This document shows positions 38,801 to 50,619 of a stretch of 64,000 bases of DNA, piece after piece. Source of the stretch: Pecten maximus (lineage: Eukaryota); assembly GCF_902652985.1 (NCBI RefSeq), contig NC_047016.1:50592001-50656000 (forward strand). The letters are read 5' to 3'. The notes beneath the pieces were generated by a model, which saw only the letters and a list, made by a program, of their open reading frames with translations, was not told where the DNA came from and ran no database searches. The position numbers and the translations under genes were made by a program. Every line of letters begins with the position of its first letter. The stretch's first letter is position 1.

Positions 38801-39093
38801 AGAAAACTTTCACGAATAAGGCCATGAGCAGAAAGTTCCCTAGCACTGTCCATGGTACGTGTCCTATGGAGGAAATCAATGAATTGATTCGAAATATCCA
38901 AATAGACTGTCCTGCTCTTAGCTAGCTCATCTATTAAACCTTCTTCCATACTGGTCATGGTCTGACTGATTAATCCGTTAATCCTCTCTCCTTGTTTTGA
39001 CAAACTTTTGCAGAAGTCTTCTACCCTGCTTAGGAAAAGTGTTTCTCCTCCTGGTGTCAGGTTTCTGGTGCGTTGTTCATGTATTGAATCCAT
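32842..39093 (-). CDS. BEL/Pao Gag-Pol polyprotein (Gag, PR, RT, RNase H, IN), 2083 aa
   Basis: Three Cys/His knuckles, protease AIIDDQS, RT YVDD, RNase H FSDAS/IPRLELCAA/NPAD, integrase HHCC plus GVDVFGP/SDNGTNF/GGVWERM. Confidence 0.97.
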   Translation of the reverse strand: MDSIHEQRTRNLTPGGETLFLSRVEDFCKSLSKQGERINGLISQTMTSMEEGLIDELAKSRTVYLDISNQFIDFLHRTRTMDSARELSAHGLIRESFLSKIDLALEATQKYVPPKIEHEESKSPNAGHKTPCHSSKASSCSSQSSRSHKSSASYILTKQRLKHERAKVQLEFMKKEAQVLKQQAEVDVSLKLLRSERNLKEAEAELDAVHDLIEEENGSVDYDIRSTKKERTAAFVNSAIDHVGREVMQPSPTPGVLQQPSLSPGVLQQPSLSPGMLQQPSPAPGMLQQPSLAHGMLQQPSLLPGMLQQPSLSPGVLQQPSLSPGMLQQPSPAPGMLQQPSLLPGMLQQPSPAPGMLQQPSLLPGMLQQPSSSPGMLQPTNSPACGMLRPEATEFQPTCRDTNELTKFLMKRDLLLSRFTQFSDEPQRYTLWKNSFKNLIRELEVTATEELDLLIRWLGPESTQQALSLRAAHTHDERLAITRIWERLDSRYGAPELVIHSFKKRLEVLPKLTYKDNVKMYELSDLLIEMQALKENVMYTTSLAYLDSSAGINPIVAKLPAFIQRKWTDTAFRYKKDQGVLYPPFNIFTGFMKGMTERLNDPGLQFDTQQSTQVKAQVNSVGKRTGNRMMLSAKKTDVEKPVPPAHICPIHGGSARHSLKDCRLFLAKTVLERKEVLKKNGYCFKCCEDKHLAKTCKVAVKCDICGGSRHPTILHEQFLSEKSPPVHGGECSPSSPPGREPNYLQASSSCTQVCKDSRGFSKSCAKTILVKVYPKGEPDKSIRLYAIIDDQSNMSLARTAFFDSFGENSQYTEYTMASCSGLNSSSGRKAQGYVVESMDGDFALDLPVLLECDNIPNNRNEIPTPEAAHFHSHLRDISQHLRPLDRNADILMLIGRDMPAAHHIIDQRIGPSDGPYAQRLKLGWVVVGEVCLGKVHQTSYITANKVHTLANGRPSLFEPCPNCFDFKEDIPKTDNFPLFVKNPHDDKPGLSLEDKEFLHVMDTGFRKNDHGQWEAPLPLKTDRPRLPDNRAQSLRRARTLDTSLRRDSQKCSHMMEFMSKVLDKGHAEVASDLDDEEERWYLPLFGIYHPKKPDKIRCVFDSSAKENGLSLNSVLMTGPDLTNSLLGVLLRFRKDPIAIMADVEQMFYCFKVVQEHRNFLRFFWYADNSIAKPLIEYRMTAHVFGNSPSPAVATYGLRKAAENSDEDIRNFVTQNFYVDDGLASAPNVTTAVSLIKRTQRCLQENGGIRLHKVASNSREVLETFDREDLAGDIRDLDLSTDCPPVQRSLGLLWNLASDSFIFSAGVTEKAYTKRGLLSTINGIYDPIGFAAPVILRGRLLFRDLVKLSSEWDEPLPEERRREWESWYSSLGQLRTCSIPRQYVIGTVYEDLEKEVHIFSDASKDAVAAVAYLRTKDTNNQIGTSFIFGKAKVAPQHGHTIPRLELCAAVLATDLGRTINDQLDIPAENMHFYSDSMVVLGYLHNRVRRFYVYVGNRVDRILGFTKASQWSHVSSEKNPADEGTRCVNACDLQESMWLQGSSVLREDTDLETPGYPLVQPGKDVEVRQEVKVLKTSCAAPQGIGAERVKRFSTWNSLVRGIANLKSLAIASKNRSTTHTRRVTTDLLEKSRIFILQDVQQQVYSEELQCLRESKTLPSKSSISALTPILDQDGILRVGGRLNRSNFPLEDRNPIIVPGKHHVARLIIEHFHSVVRHQGRHLTEGAVRSAGYWVTGAKRLISSILHACVTCCRLRRKPSHQQMADLPPDRLEPCAPFTYVGVDVFGPWNITTRRTRGGVSQSKRWAVLFTCLVSRAAHIEVIEEMSSSSFINALRRFISIRGPVREFRSDNGTNFVGCTQDMGFQTISVDEPKLANFLLENSTVWRFNPPHASHMGGVWERMIGTARRILDSMLLDMKGRTLTHEILTTLMAEVTAIMNSRPITPVSTDPQDPSVLSPSALLTQKTSNSSVSCEHLSQKDLYRHQWKCVQVLAEEFWKKWRREYLVNLQSRNKWQQQQRNLKEGDIVLMRDRSVARMEWPLGIINRVFKSDDELVRKVEIRIVRDNKISYFVRPVTEVVFLTSSD
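37960..38350 (-). repeat. 30-bp coding minisatellite in gag (~13 copies of PGMLQQPSxx)
   Basis: ACTTGGTTGTTGAAGCATACCAGG-N6 units at exact 30-bp spacing. Confidence 0.95.
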
Positions 39094-39131
39094 CTTTACA
39101 GATCCTGAGGTCTGAGTCGCAGGTCTTTTAC

Positions 39132-40003
39132 TGTGATGTTATACGACTTTATTCCACAAAACTCCCCGGAGGAAGGTAAAAGACTACAACATATGAAAAT
39201 GAAAACACAATGAGAATATGATACAGATGTACACACTGTCACTATGCAAACCATTATGTCTAACATATGCCTTTCTTTCACTGATATTCGAATACAAAAC
39301 TGATTTTGAGCAATAATCGGATATTTAACACAAATATCACTTAATAAACTGACTAGATTTCTTTGCTGGATATATATACACTATCTTTGGAGTATTCATG
39401 GATGGACAGAGTAACAACAATAGTTTAAAACACATTTATAGATATAATTAACTCAAATGACTAATAGGACGTTTTGTCCAAGGTAAGTAATAATAGGACG
39501 AATTGACCTAATCGCTTTCTGACCAAAATACAACTATAATTCGTCTGATGTCTTATTCCTACACTGTCGCTGAGTAGAATTTACTAATAAACTAATATAC
39601 GAAATAATACTGACATATATAGATCCTAAACATGACTAGATGGCACGGACCATGTGCTTCACTGAATGACAGACAGTTCATATGACTGACATTTCGAACA
39701 CACATACAGATCATATCTTTTACAGACTAATGTTGACAATCATATAATCAATGCAATAAATGTTCGATCGGCAAGAATTGATATGGACAGGGAATAAACT
39801 CACCCTGTGGGGGACCTAAAGTTTCCTTTGACATGAAATGTGTACAGTGCCGGAGCACGCCATTGCAAACTTCCTCTAAGATTGCCAAAGGGTACGACTA
39901 ACGTCCGGACCGCAATGTCCGGATCATACTAAAGCTTGGACCGCAATGTCCGGATCATATTGTAATCAAATTAACCCTGTGATACAATAATGGTAACATA
40001 ACA
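39132..40003 (-). repeat. 5' LTR (872 bp)
   Basis: TG...CA ends; AATAAA near the LTR end (39148-39153, minus strand). Confidence 0.95.
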
Positions 40004-43000
40004 TAATTGGCTTTAAACACTTGAGAAGAAACGTTTAATTACTCAAAACCTCACTCTTGAATGTATCTATCAACAATCATGTTGATATCAGTTTAATTTC
40101 TCTTCTTGCTTTATTTCAAATATCACCTTTTCATCTGGCTAACGCCTCCCTCAGTACTTTCAGTACTTTGATTAATTATTTATTCAGTCATATCAATACC
40201 ATATCGATATAATATTAGTTTTATATAGTAATACCAACGAATCATATCATAAAAGGAATATTAAAAGCAAATAAAAATACCCAGTTAACTGTAAATAAAA
40301 TGATGTAATAATGGTGTCAATGAAAGATAAGGAACCACTCTTTTTGACGAATGGACATTTAGTACCCCGTCAAATTTCAGGTTGATTTGACCATTCCCCG
40401 AAAGAACATCTTTGGGACGAGTTGGACAGCAGTATAAGTAATAGGTCAAACCCTCTAATAGCCCAGTTGGAGTTTCTTTTAACTTCCTTGATATATATTG
40501 ATGTCAGTTAATCCTTTATAATATCACAAAGGGACGCGGATTAATATCAGTTTAAAACTTGTTTCTGAATCCCATTCAAATTATCATTTTGTATTGTATA
40601 TGTATGAAATGAATAAAATAGTTTATATTAAAGGGAGGGCTATTTTGTCTATTTGATCTCGGTACACATCATTTAAATATTCGTGAAGTTTCATTGTGTG
40701 ACCTTAATTGAATTCCTCGAGAGATTGTGAAAAAGATAAAAAAAAAAAAACAAAAAAAAAAAAACTTAAAATATAGATTAGTAATACACTAAGTGTTTGT
40801 TACAACATCGGAATCTGAGTGGTGATTTGAGCCAAAGGAAAAGTGTGGTTAATCTAACAACCAAAGTTGTGTGCTGAGAACTAGCTGGCGGTGACAAACA
40901 TCAAAAGTCGAAACACAATGGGTGATTAAGACTACCTTTGACATGTATCCTAAATATTAATTTGTTTAATGAAACCTGACACGACCGACACAAACAACAT
41001 AACCGAGATAAAATGTAGTATTTGATAGCGTGTTTGATTTAAATAGTAATTGCACAGGGATAGTCAGACCTATTATCAAAATGTATAAGCGTATATTTAT
41101 CTTGTTGTATCTATTTTAAGACGTAAAATGGCAATAAATCTGGATTTAGAAAATACAGAAATGCTAATGGACCTTAATTACCACTTACCGATTCAAAATC
41201 AGTCATGCATAACTATTAATCGATATACCTTGTATGTGCCCGACCCTTATTGCTTTCAAACCTACAGTCATCCAGTCTTAGTGTCAGGCATTTGGAGACA
41301 TTTTTAAGAACACAATGTCAAGAAACGCTACCCCGCAAGCTATTTGGGTTTTCTGATGTCTGATATTGTAAATCTTGGGGTTTTTATGGTTTTTCGAAAA
41401 CATTTTTTTAGTCCGCTTCATCAGTTACCAGGCATTTTAAATCGTATAGCACGCGGTTATACACTGGAATTTATGGTATATGTTTACTGATGTACCGTGT
41501 AATTATTCTTGTGTGTATTATTTACAGTAAAGTGTTAATGGAAATGATTCTTACTGAATATTGAGGTAAAGCTGTTATTAGTTTTGTTATTAATTTTTGA
41601 GTTTTCATGTGGTAGATGGAAATTAAATTTTACGTTGTGTAGTTGATTCTGAGCTGGGCACTTTAGGTATGGTGTGGGTCGCCATTTATATAAGCCAAAA
41701 CAACACAATGTGATTAGAGAATATAGTAAAATGACGGGAGAGATTCATTTGAAACTGCAGTTTATCAAACTTATGAGCTAAAGTTAATCTGTAATCTTGT
41801 ACCAATCAGCCGTGCGTGAGTATAAGAGTAAAATATGGGCCTTTAGTGAAGCGTTTCGGAGCAGCAGGAATAATATCTGACCGTCAAATTAGCAAACTAC
41901 TTCGAATAAATTAGCGTATGCGCAGTGGAAAAAGGCTAACCAGATTAATAAGCGCGGAAATCGGTAACATAATCATGACGTCGTCTTTTTGTGACGTTAA
42001 AAAAACGTCAACTAGTCGGCGCATTTGTGGAAGGACTGATCAACGCGATTTTGGCGTTTTCACTTGTTACCCGATAATCTCTGTACAAATAGCTAACGTC
42101 TAGTGAGTATTTTGTCAAAAACTAAACTGAATATTGCGGAAACGAGTGCCCATTTACCCTCACCACGAGGTAGGCTAACAACAAATGGCTGAAACGTACA
42201 GCTTCTATAAAACATTCGACCACGTCACTACTAAATCTGTTTCATTACACACGCTTGCCATGGGTAATTTTCCTTGCCAACTGCAGGCATACTACCGTAT
42301 ACGCAGTCAAATGAGTTACAATCCTTAAATAACATAGAGTTGCATATTTAACATTTAAATTCATTAATATACAGATATGCTAATCAACTTTGATTGTTCT
42401 TGGTGATGCAGTGTTCTGTCCCCATTTAGTTGTTGAGTGCCTCCATATCATGTTGGAACAGGTCTTTATTTAAGTTTTGATAGACATTTTCTGGAGTTGG
42501 AGCCGTTAAAAAAATGAGCTACATGTTCTAATTAACTGTCCATGATTTGTAATCCACATATATCCATATTTATAGCACCAAACTCGGCAACGACAAGACT
42601 GACATAGAAGCGTATTTTATAGAAATTGATCTTTTATTGTGCTCAAATATTTTTCCTTCTACATATTCTCTGTATTTTCTTATAACATTCGAGATAAACG
42701 CCTGTATCAATTTTTAATACTGATGTTCAAAGTAGGAATTGTTTTTATTGAGGATGATATTCTAACAAGCAAATTCAATATGTAGTTGTTTAAACACACA
42801 TACATTCTGAAAACAAAAGTCTAAATAATTGAGTATTACATGTCATGTTTTAATGTGACATCCCGAACAAGGAAAACACACATGCTTTGTCCCGCTACCA
42901 ACATGTTAAGCATTTAAATTGTACCACAAATACTCGAATTAAGATAATAATGTATGCCAACCATGTATGTGTATCCATTGAACAGAGGAAGAAAATCCCT

Positions 43001-44425
43001 ATAACTGTCAATAAAGCTGAGAATATCAATATCCGTCGTAAACAAATGGATTCGTTAACAGACATTATTAAACCAGATATGCAGAAGTACAATTTATGTC
43101 CTCAGCCAAAAAGATAATGTTCTAATCAGTTCACTGCCTGTTTATAAGCGTATTCATACTCAAAATTGCCTTGATATCAAAATGAGACATAGTAAGAAAT
43201 GTGTATTTTTCTCAACAAGTAAAAGTTATAATCTTCACATCAACACGGTTCTTAAACTCTCAAGGTAAACCGAATTTCTTCAAGTATTAAGCCCTGAAAA
43301 TTCTCAATTCGCAAGAGAGCCTATGTGTACAATACGTCTTTTTCCTATACAATTTGGTATTTATGTCATTAAATGTGCAAGAACATTTAATCAAACAATA
43401 AAGATTTAATCAATAGAAAGTGTACATGTATCTGAGAGACGAATGTGGTTATGTCCCTTAAAAGCAATGGCCCGAGGACACAATCTAATTAAAATGAGTC
43501 TTGTAATTTTCGCTCCTCTACGATACTCAGCATGATCTTTAAGCTTCACATATAGGCCGATGAAAACTGATCAATGACGTCATTAATCAACCAATGACAA
43601 AGAGTCGTATATGAGCCTTCCGCCATGGTAATAAAAAATGCTTATCCTCTGATTTAACAATATCTCGTCGACAGAGCATATTTTGTTGCCCACTGGATTT
43701 AGAAAATCGTTACAGTGAACGTTATTCCCTTTCAAACATTTTTTTCTCTCATAACACTGTTGTCCTCACTGTCTATCTCTCGTACGATTGGGGAAAAACC
43801 ATACAGGCAGCACAAATAGAAATCGTAAGCATAACTATTGGATCACAATGGCGTCACAGGCGAAATATCTTTTCTTTCAAAGCCCATGCCCTTGCAATTG
43901 AATGTCTTTTTTACAGCTGGTGTTATTTTTATTCAACGTTATAAGTGAAGCAGGGTATTAATTGCGGTTCGTCCGTCTATCTGTCCGTCGGTCTGTCACA
44001 CATCCTTTCCTTTCCTTATTCAAATTAAGAGCAATCCTTCAATATTATTGAAAAATGAAATTTTAACTTCTAAGCAAATTCCCATGCCCCCCCCCCCCCC
44101 CCCCCCCCCTCAAACAAACAAACAAAAAACAAAAACAAAACAAGAATATATAGGAAATAGCCAAGACATGATTTGGCGCTTGCTGTATCAATACCACGGC
44201 CATTGTCGGATGAGTATTACTACCTATGCAAGTCATTTTGTACCAAACTACCGAATCCGTAATGGGACGCGACGTACCAGTCAAACCCAACCGGTCCAAG
44301 TGGTGGAGGGTCGTTTGCTGAAGCGTATCAGTTGTATCCAAGATGGCGGAAGTGTTATTAAACAAAACAACAAAAACAATACTGATAGTAATGTCTACGG
44401 TGTTTTATTTTTTGCCAATTCAAAA

Positions 44426-44855
44426 GGGCGTCAATTACGGCCCACAATTCAAGAGGCGTCAATAACGGCCTAGGTAACAAAAGGCGTCAATAACGGCCAA
44501 CAAGTCAAGAGGCGGGAATAACGGTCCATACAGTAAATAAATCAGAGGCGTCAATAACGGCCAACAAGTCAAGAGGCGGCAATAACGGTCCATACAGTAA
44601 ATAAATCAGAGGCGTCAATAACGGCCAACAAGTCAAGATGCGTCAATAACGGCCCACAAGTCAAGATGCGTCAATAACGGCCCATACAGTACATAAATCA
44701 AAGGCGTCAATAACGGCCCCTATGGTACTTACATCAAAGGCGTCAATAACGGCCAACTAGTCAAGATGCGTCAATAACGGCCCATACAGTACATAAATCA
44801 AGAGGCGTCAATAACGGCCCATATGGTACATACATCAAAGGCGTCATTAACGGCC
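44426..44855. repeat. Array of 14 copies of 17-bp AGGCGTCAATAACGGCC with 11-bp or 19-20-bp linkers
   Basis: Counted directly; periods of 28 and 36-37 bp. Confidence 0.92.
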
Positions 44856-45152
44856 CAACAGGCATAAATACCTGTACAATAAAACAAATATAATGGCAAT
44901 GCAAGTTGACTGAATATTAAGACATTTGGTGATCAAGGAGTATCCAATGATCATCCCATATTGTGCCAATTTATTTAAACTTATATGTGAATGCAATATA
45001 ATATATAATTATAAGTCCTGTCACATGGCCCATGGAAATAAACTAATCTACATGGGCCACCGCCACAAGTTAGGGAGACGTAGTGGGGAACGCAGCTAAC
45101 AACTCACCCTGGCCAACAAACATAAGAACTCTGAAACAGGACTTTAACTTAA

Positions 45153-45587
45153 TTATTGAGGGAATATCCTGTCGCCCCAAAATAGGAAACGCTCAATCGC
45201 ACCCAGCATACAGTTAAGAAGTATATCATTACCTACAGAGTTGAGATGCACATTGTCTTCTTCGAATAAACCAACCCGATTCCCCTGGATACCTAGGTAT
45301 TTAAGGACCAATTCAAGGACCTGCTTAGCAACCTCCATATTAACCCTGATGAGGGAATGATTGGCAGCACATCCATTCTCCGAACCTCTCCAACTTAAAC
45401 GTGGTAGCATCCGAGACCACGCCAGTATGGTGCAAGGAAGTATCCTTGCCAAATACCTCATTTCCATACAGATATGCTCTCTTAAATTGAGTGCCCCCAC
45501 TTGTATCAGATCATTCGCTCGACAGTGTAAAATTAACTTGACTGGGTCACCTCTTGCATTTACCATATCCTGCACTTGTGAAATCAC
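45153..45587 (-). pseudogene. SGNH-hydrolase ORF of an Ngaro-like YR retrotransposon
   Basis: LILHCRAND (GxND-like), WSRMLPR and DNVHLN motifs, lying immediately downstream of the YR. Confidence 0.75.
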
Positions 45588-45699
45588 CCGAGTCCCATCT
45601 CATCCCACTTTGTTCCCGCCACCATAAGCTACAGTTCCTCCGTTGTAATCCTCTAACGAGCCTAATATTGGTCGATTAAAACTCAATTTCAAACATACA

Positions 45700-46560
45700 T
45701 TGTTCTGGTATTCTAATGTAACGTTTAAACGGGTCTGAACCCCCAACGCCCCGACAACCGAATTTCCCTTTCTGATCAGCCCTTGTTTGCTGCCTCCGTA
45801 GCAGCCCCTATTCGAAATAAATGCGTCTTATACTTGTTCCTATCAAAACCTAAGAAAACTAAGGACTTTTTCAAGACTGTACCAAACCGATACCTGGACA
45901 AAGGAGAATGATCAAAATGGCAGAAGAGGGGACAGGGATTTCTATGCCTAACTGCAATGTACTGTTCGAGATAGTGAACTGGACAAAATACTCCTTTAGA
46001 GCGAGGAATACATACATCACACCCTTTGCCGTCTTGGTCAGTTTTTGAAAGACGAAGAGCATCCTCTAGTATATTCCCTATCTTTGTATCCTTCAATGAT
46101 ACAACTTTATGAATCATGTCTGCCTTTGTGACAGTCGCTTAGCCTGAAAAAACCAAAGAAAGCTAGTAAAAATGCAGAAGAAAACAATTTTGACTCGTAA
46201 GTTGAGCTACATACCAAGGGCAATGTCCTTAAGATCCTTGACAGTATCTCGGTGGCGATAGGGGATCTCATATCCTTAGCTTTCCTCTGCCTTCTCATGC
46301 CAGCTAGCATTTTCTTAATCAGAAAATTTTCCACGAAATCGACTCCTGAATGCCCAGAACATTTAGCATGAAAATTTATACCAGCTAAATAAGTATTAAC
46401 AGATGCAGGAGACTTCCCATTATCTGCCATATACAACACAAAATTCAGAATCTGACTCAAAGGAGGGGGCCACATCCTTGGAAGGTCACTCTCTATAACA
46501 AAAGGTTTGAACTATTTAACCCTGTTTGATAGGCTTCGGCTGTGTTTTGAGAAATAGACG
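45700..46560 (-). pseudogene. Disrupted tyrosine recombinase of an Ngaro/DIRS-like element
   Basis: FLLAFFGFFRLS, SKTDQ, CPV and THLFRIGAAT motifs split over two ORFs. An RNase H tail (RFRELAPEAD) lies at ~46600-46690. Confidence 0.85.
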
Positions 46561-47699
46561 CAGAGATTAATTCATCAAACTTGCTTCGAAACTCCTCCAA
46601 ATGCCTGGGGGATAACTGCGGGGTGTTGATCGGCCTCTGGAGCCAATTCTCTGAATCTGGACTACTGAAAACGTGAAAAAAACATCTGCAAATGTCTAGC
46701 GTTGATCTCGATATCTTTTCATACAGTGCAAAACCGCGACGATATAAAACCGAAAGGTCGCTTCCGGTGCAAAACGAAAGGGCAACGGTGTTTGTGACTT
46801 GAAACTTGGCGATGGTGAGGTTACAGATACTACCACACTGAAAATATATATATCTAACGCTAATGTGGACGACGTCATTGTAACAAAGCGGGAAGTCGAG
46901 ACATTTAATTACGCGTAAATTGTTATATTCGAAGCGTATCTTTCATATATTTTTTTTCTTTTTATTATTACTTCAACTGCGATATCTGTTCACCAACTCA
47001 AGATTACGGTAGATTCAAAATGGACGCCACTTGTCATTCTTATATAAATATTCGCGAGGGATTTGAATTCGCGTTTGACTCTCCTTGCGAATTAACGCGA
47101 AAATAAATCCCACGCGAAATATAAGTGATTTACAGTAGATGCCGCCATTTTGGGAACTCGTTAGAGATTGAATTGAAACGTAGAACTTAGCTATTCAGAT
47201 TCATGGAATCTACCATTTTCAAGCATTGGATCTAAAATTGCACGATTTGACATTTTCACCATCAGGAATTTAGAACATTAATTGAATTATCTTATCAAAT
47301 TTAGCATTTCTAAGATGTGCTACATATATACAACATCTACTAGATTACCATACTAAAATGATATGTATGAATTAATTCAGTTTCTGCAACAATTCTGCTC
47401 TAATAAACGTCCTGACTGTTGGGTAAATATAAGTTATATACCACTTATGTAATACGATATTCCGGTCATTAAATTGGTTGGGAAGTTGAACTTTGATCGC
47501 TTGCTTTCGCTTTTTTTCACGTGCTTGTTCCACGTGCTGAAGCTTCTCAAACTAGATCCGTCATGTTATCAGAAATTGTAACATTTACCCCTCGCGTTGG
47601 TAGTATTCATGCTAATGCGCGAAGCGAAGGGTAATCTTGAGAAGAGAGATGTTACTTTATCAGACAAAGATATAGACAAACTGTTTGTATTAGGACTGT

Positions 47700-48130
47700 T
47701 TTCATTTAGAATCCGAGTAGAAAAAGCTTTAATGGAAGTTAAAATAAACATCGGTGGGGGAAGGGGGTACAGATAGTACCCAAGCTGAAAGTGACTTAAT
47801 GGAAGCTAAATAAGCACCAGAGGGATTACAGTTAGTGTCCGGGCTGAAAATAACATTATGGGGTTAAATAAAAATTGGAGATTTTTATCAATCATCGGAG
47901 CTGAAAGTGATTTCACAGAAGCTAAGATAAACATCGGAGGTTAACAGTCAGTACCTGAGCTAAAATAAATATCGGATGATTTCTAGTTAGTATCCGAGCT
48001 TAACGTGACTTAAAGGAAGATAAAATAAACAAAGAAATTATTACACAATAGCCGAGGTGATGGTGAGTGACTCGATTGAAGTTAAAATCAACATCGGGGA
48101 TGTACACTTAGTATCCGAGCTAGCAGTGAC
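47700..48130. repeat. Degenerate ~60-bp tandem repeat
   Basis: Recurrent GAGCTGAAAGTGACT...AAAATAAACATCGG units, about 7 copies. Confidence 0.65.
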
Positions 48131-48839
48131 CAAACGGAAATATTCCTTCAAGTTCTCTCCCTGGTTCTCTCCTACGTCATCCTTTCATTCCAAGGAATCT
48201 GAGATGGAAAGTTTGGAGTAAGTTTGCTAAAAATCAATCATGCAATTTCCGTTTTTAACGGCTTGGTACGGTATTCAGCAGTTCTGCCTTAGTTTCACTA
48301 TGTTGTATTGCATAATGTTTTGGCGCGCGCGCGCGCGCGCGTGTGTGTGCAATATTAGCTGCATTAGCTGTGTATAAATAAGTCAATGAAGCTCACGTAG
48401 TTTAAGGTTAATAACACGTGTTTGCCGCCAAATTCAGGCATGGCTCAGATAGCCTAGAAGTAGAATAACCTGATATGAAATCATATTTTCTATTTACGGA
48501 AGGCTTCTTTAGTTGAAAAAAAAGATATTAAAAAAGACTGGTTAGGCGGGGTAGCCTTTTCATTGTATGTGTAATGGTGTTATGGTACATGATTTTCATA
48601 ACTTCATGTTTGCTTGATGCATATGAAATTCAAGTTTGAAATGTTGTTGACTTGCAGTATACGCTAAATCATTTCCGCATCTTTTACACTTCTGCTAGTT
48701 GCGCATTAAGTCTTTTCATTATTGATATACCATACCTATGGAACGAGGTAGTATAGCCATAGTCATAGGTTTAATCAAACTCGCCCCAGACCTGCAGTCA
48801 ATACCCAGTATGATTCAAATCATCAGGGTCAAATGCAAC

Positions 48840-49500
48840 AGCCTTTTCGTTGCTGGGGTGGGTCAACAGGTTTACGAGACCTAGCCCGGTCACCTATAAG
48901 GTTAATCGTCTGTGACTTGTCTTGCGTTTATCCACATTTTACAGTTGCAAGAGAATTATTTTCCGACGGTGAATGTCGTTGATAACACACCTGTATCACC
49001 ATATTGGAAAAGGGTCACTAGTTTCTTGGATGACAGTTTCTTGTCCGTTAAGTACTCATCATTTGATCAGTTTTAGACATGGACAGCAACTTAGGTAAAG
49101 GAGCATTACTAGAAAAAAATGGATATTAAATCTGCCTTCCGTTTTTTTCCTATATTCCCAGGTGACTTTGCTTCGTTAGGGTTTAACATTGACAGGCATT
49201 ATTACATCGACAAATGCCTGCCGAACGGTTGCTCCGTTGCGTGTAGATATTTTGATTTTATTAAAAACATTTTTGCAGTGCCTGTGTCCTTCAGGACAGG
49301 TTTGGTGACCCTGGATAATTACTTAGACGAGTTTCTGTTTGCAGACAGGGATGGGGACAATGTTTGTACGATTTTGATGAGATGCTTTACAGATGTTTGG
49401 GAGCTAGGAATACCTATAGCGCATGTGCAGACCGTATGTCCAGTGACAAATCTGACACGTTTTCGTTTGTAAATTGAAACCGTAAAAAAGGTTCATTCGT
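48840..49500 (+). pseudogene. Decayed DIRS/Ngaro-type reverse transcriptase fragment
   Basis: DIKSAFR, YYIDKCLPNGCS, YLDEF and LGIPIA motifs. Confidence 0.75.
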
Positions 49501-50619
49501 ATTCGTACATGTCGAACGACTACTATGATGTAGCTTGAGTCACTAGTTGGTAGTTTGTGTGTCTTCTGTAATGTCAAGTGATATGCATTAAACTTGAGGC
49601 TAAAGTTATTTCCATATCTATGTAATTGAAGTTTATAGATTTTAGATATACTTTTTCAGGTTAGGCGTTAAGTGGTCACGGTAGCAGAAAGATATATGTA
49701 CATGTATATTAAATATTGTGGGCCGCTGAAAAATGGTTGGCTATATGGTTCAGATCAGTTTGATGTACATGTTGGCCCTGACTGACCCCCAGGGGCTGAT
49801 GGGCGGGGCCAAAAAGGGTCAAATTAACAGAAATTTTAAAAATCTTCTAATATAATTTACAAATTTTTACAATATACACATTTTACAAATTGATGTTTGA
49901 AATTCACATATTATTTTTAAAATGTCTTTCTAGTAATTGGATGAACATAGATAGATTTGATAATATTCTAATATTGCATAATGATAATAATCCTTTCATT
50001 TTATGAATAGATGGGTTACATATATAATAACTAGGTGTATATACTTTTTACGAATTTGACTTACATATATATCTGGGCATAAAAATAAATAATGATACTC
50101 GAATCCAACTCCAGTAAAACATAGCAGACAAATTCTATTTTCCTGTGACGTGATATTTACGTCTCTGGTATACATTTTGTACACGTGAAAGGAATGTTTG
50201 CAATATGTAACGCACGGTTAATAAAAATGATAAGCATATTTCTTACAAAATCACAAATAATTCTAAAAAAAAAACAAGTTAAAAAAAATCTATTGTGTAT
50301 ATGAAAATGTCATTAATTCTTTACAGCCTGCTACTGTCGTTGCCATGTTATACAATTGATATGTATTGTTTTACCTCTTGTTACACACTAAGTGTGTCAG
50401 AGTGAAATAAAAAAAATCTTGAATCTTGGTATTATTCATTATTTCTGAAACAGTTTGACAATCATTAACAGCTAATGCTTTTCTAATCACCTAATAGGTG
50501 AGTTGATTTACCTGTGTTCTGATTTACCCGTGTTCTTACATTGATGATATTTCTGTAACAGACTATAACTCCCTATCAACACACATTAGCCCCTATGTAA
50601 ACACCCCACCCTTATAACC

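Larger units (their letters stand above)
31820..40003 (-). mobile_element. Full-length BEL/Pao LTR retrotransposon
   Basis: Two TG..CA LTRs, 5-bp TSD TAATT (31815-31819 and 40004-40008), PPT, and a single intact gag-pol ORF. Confidence 0.97.

Noticed and set aside
44426-44855. CRISPR array
   Set aside because: The repeat is only 17 bp, the linkers are short and related to each other, no cas genes are present, and the context is eukaryotic.
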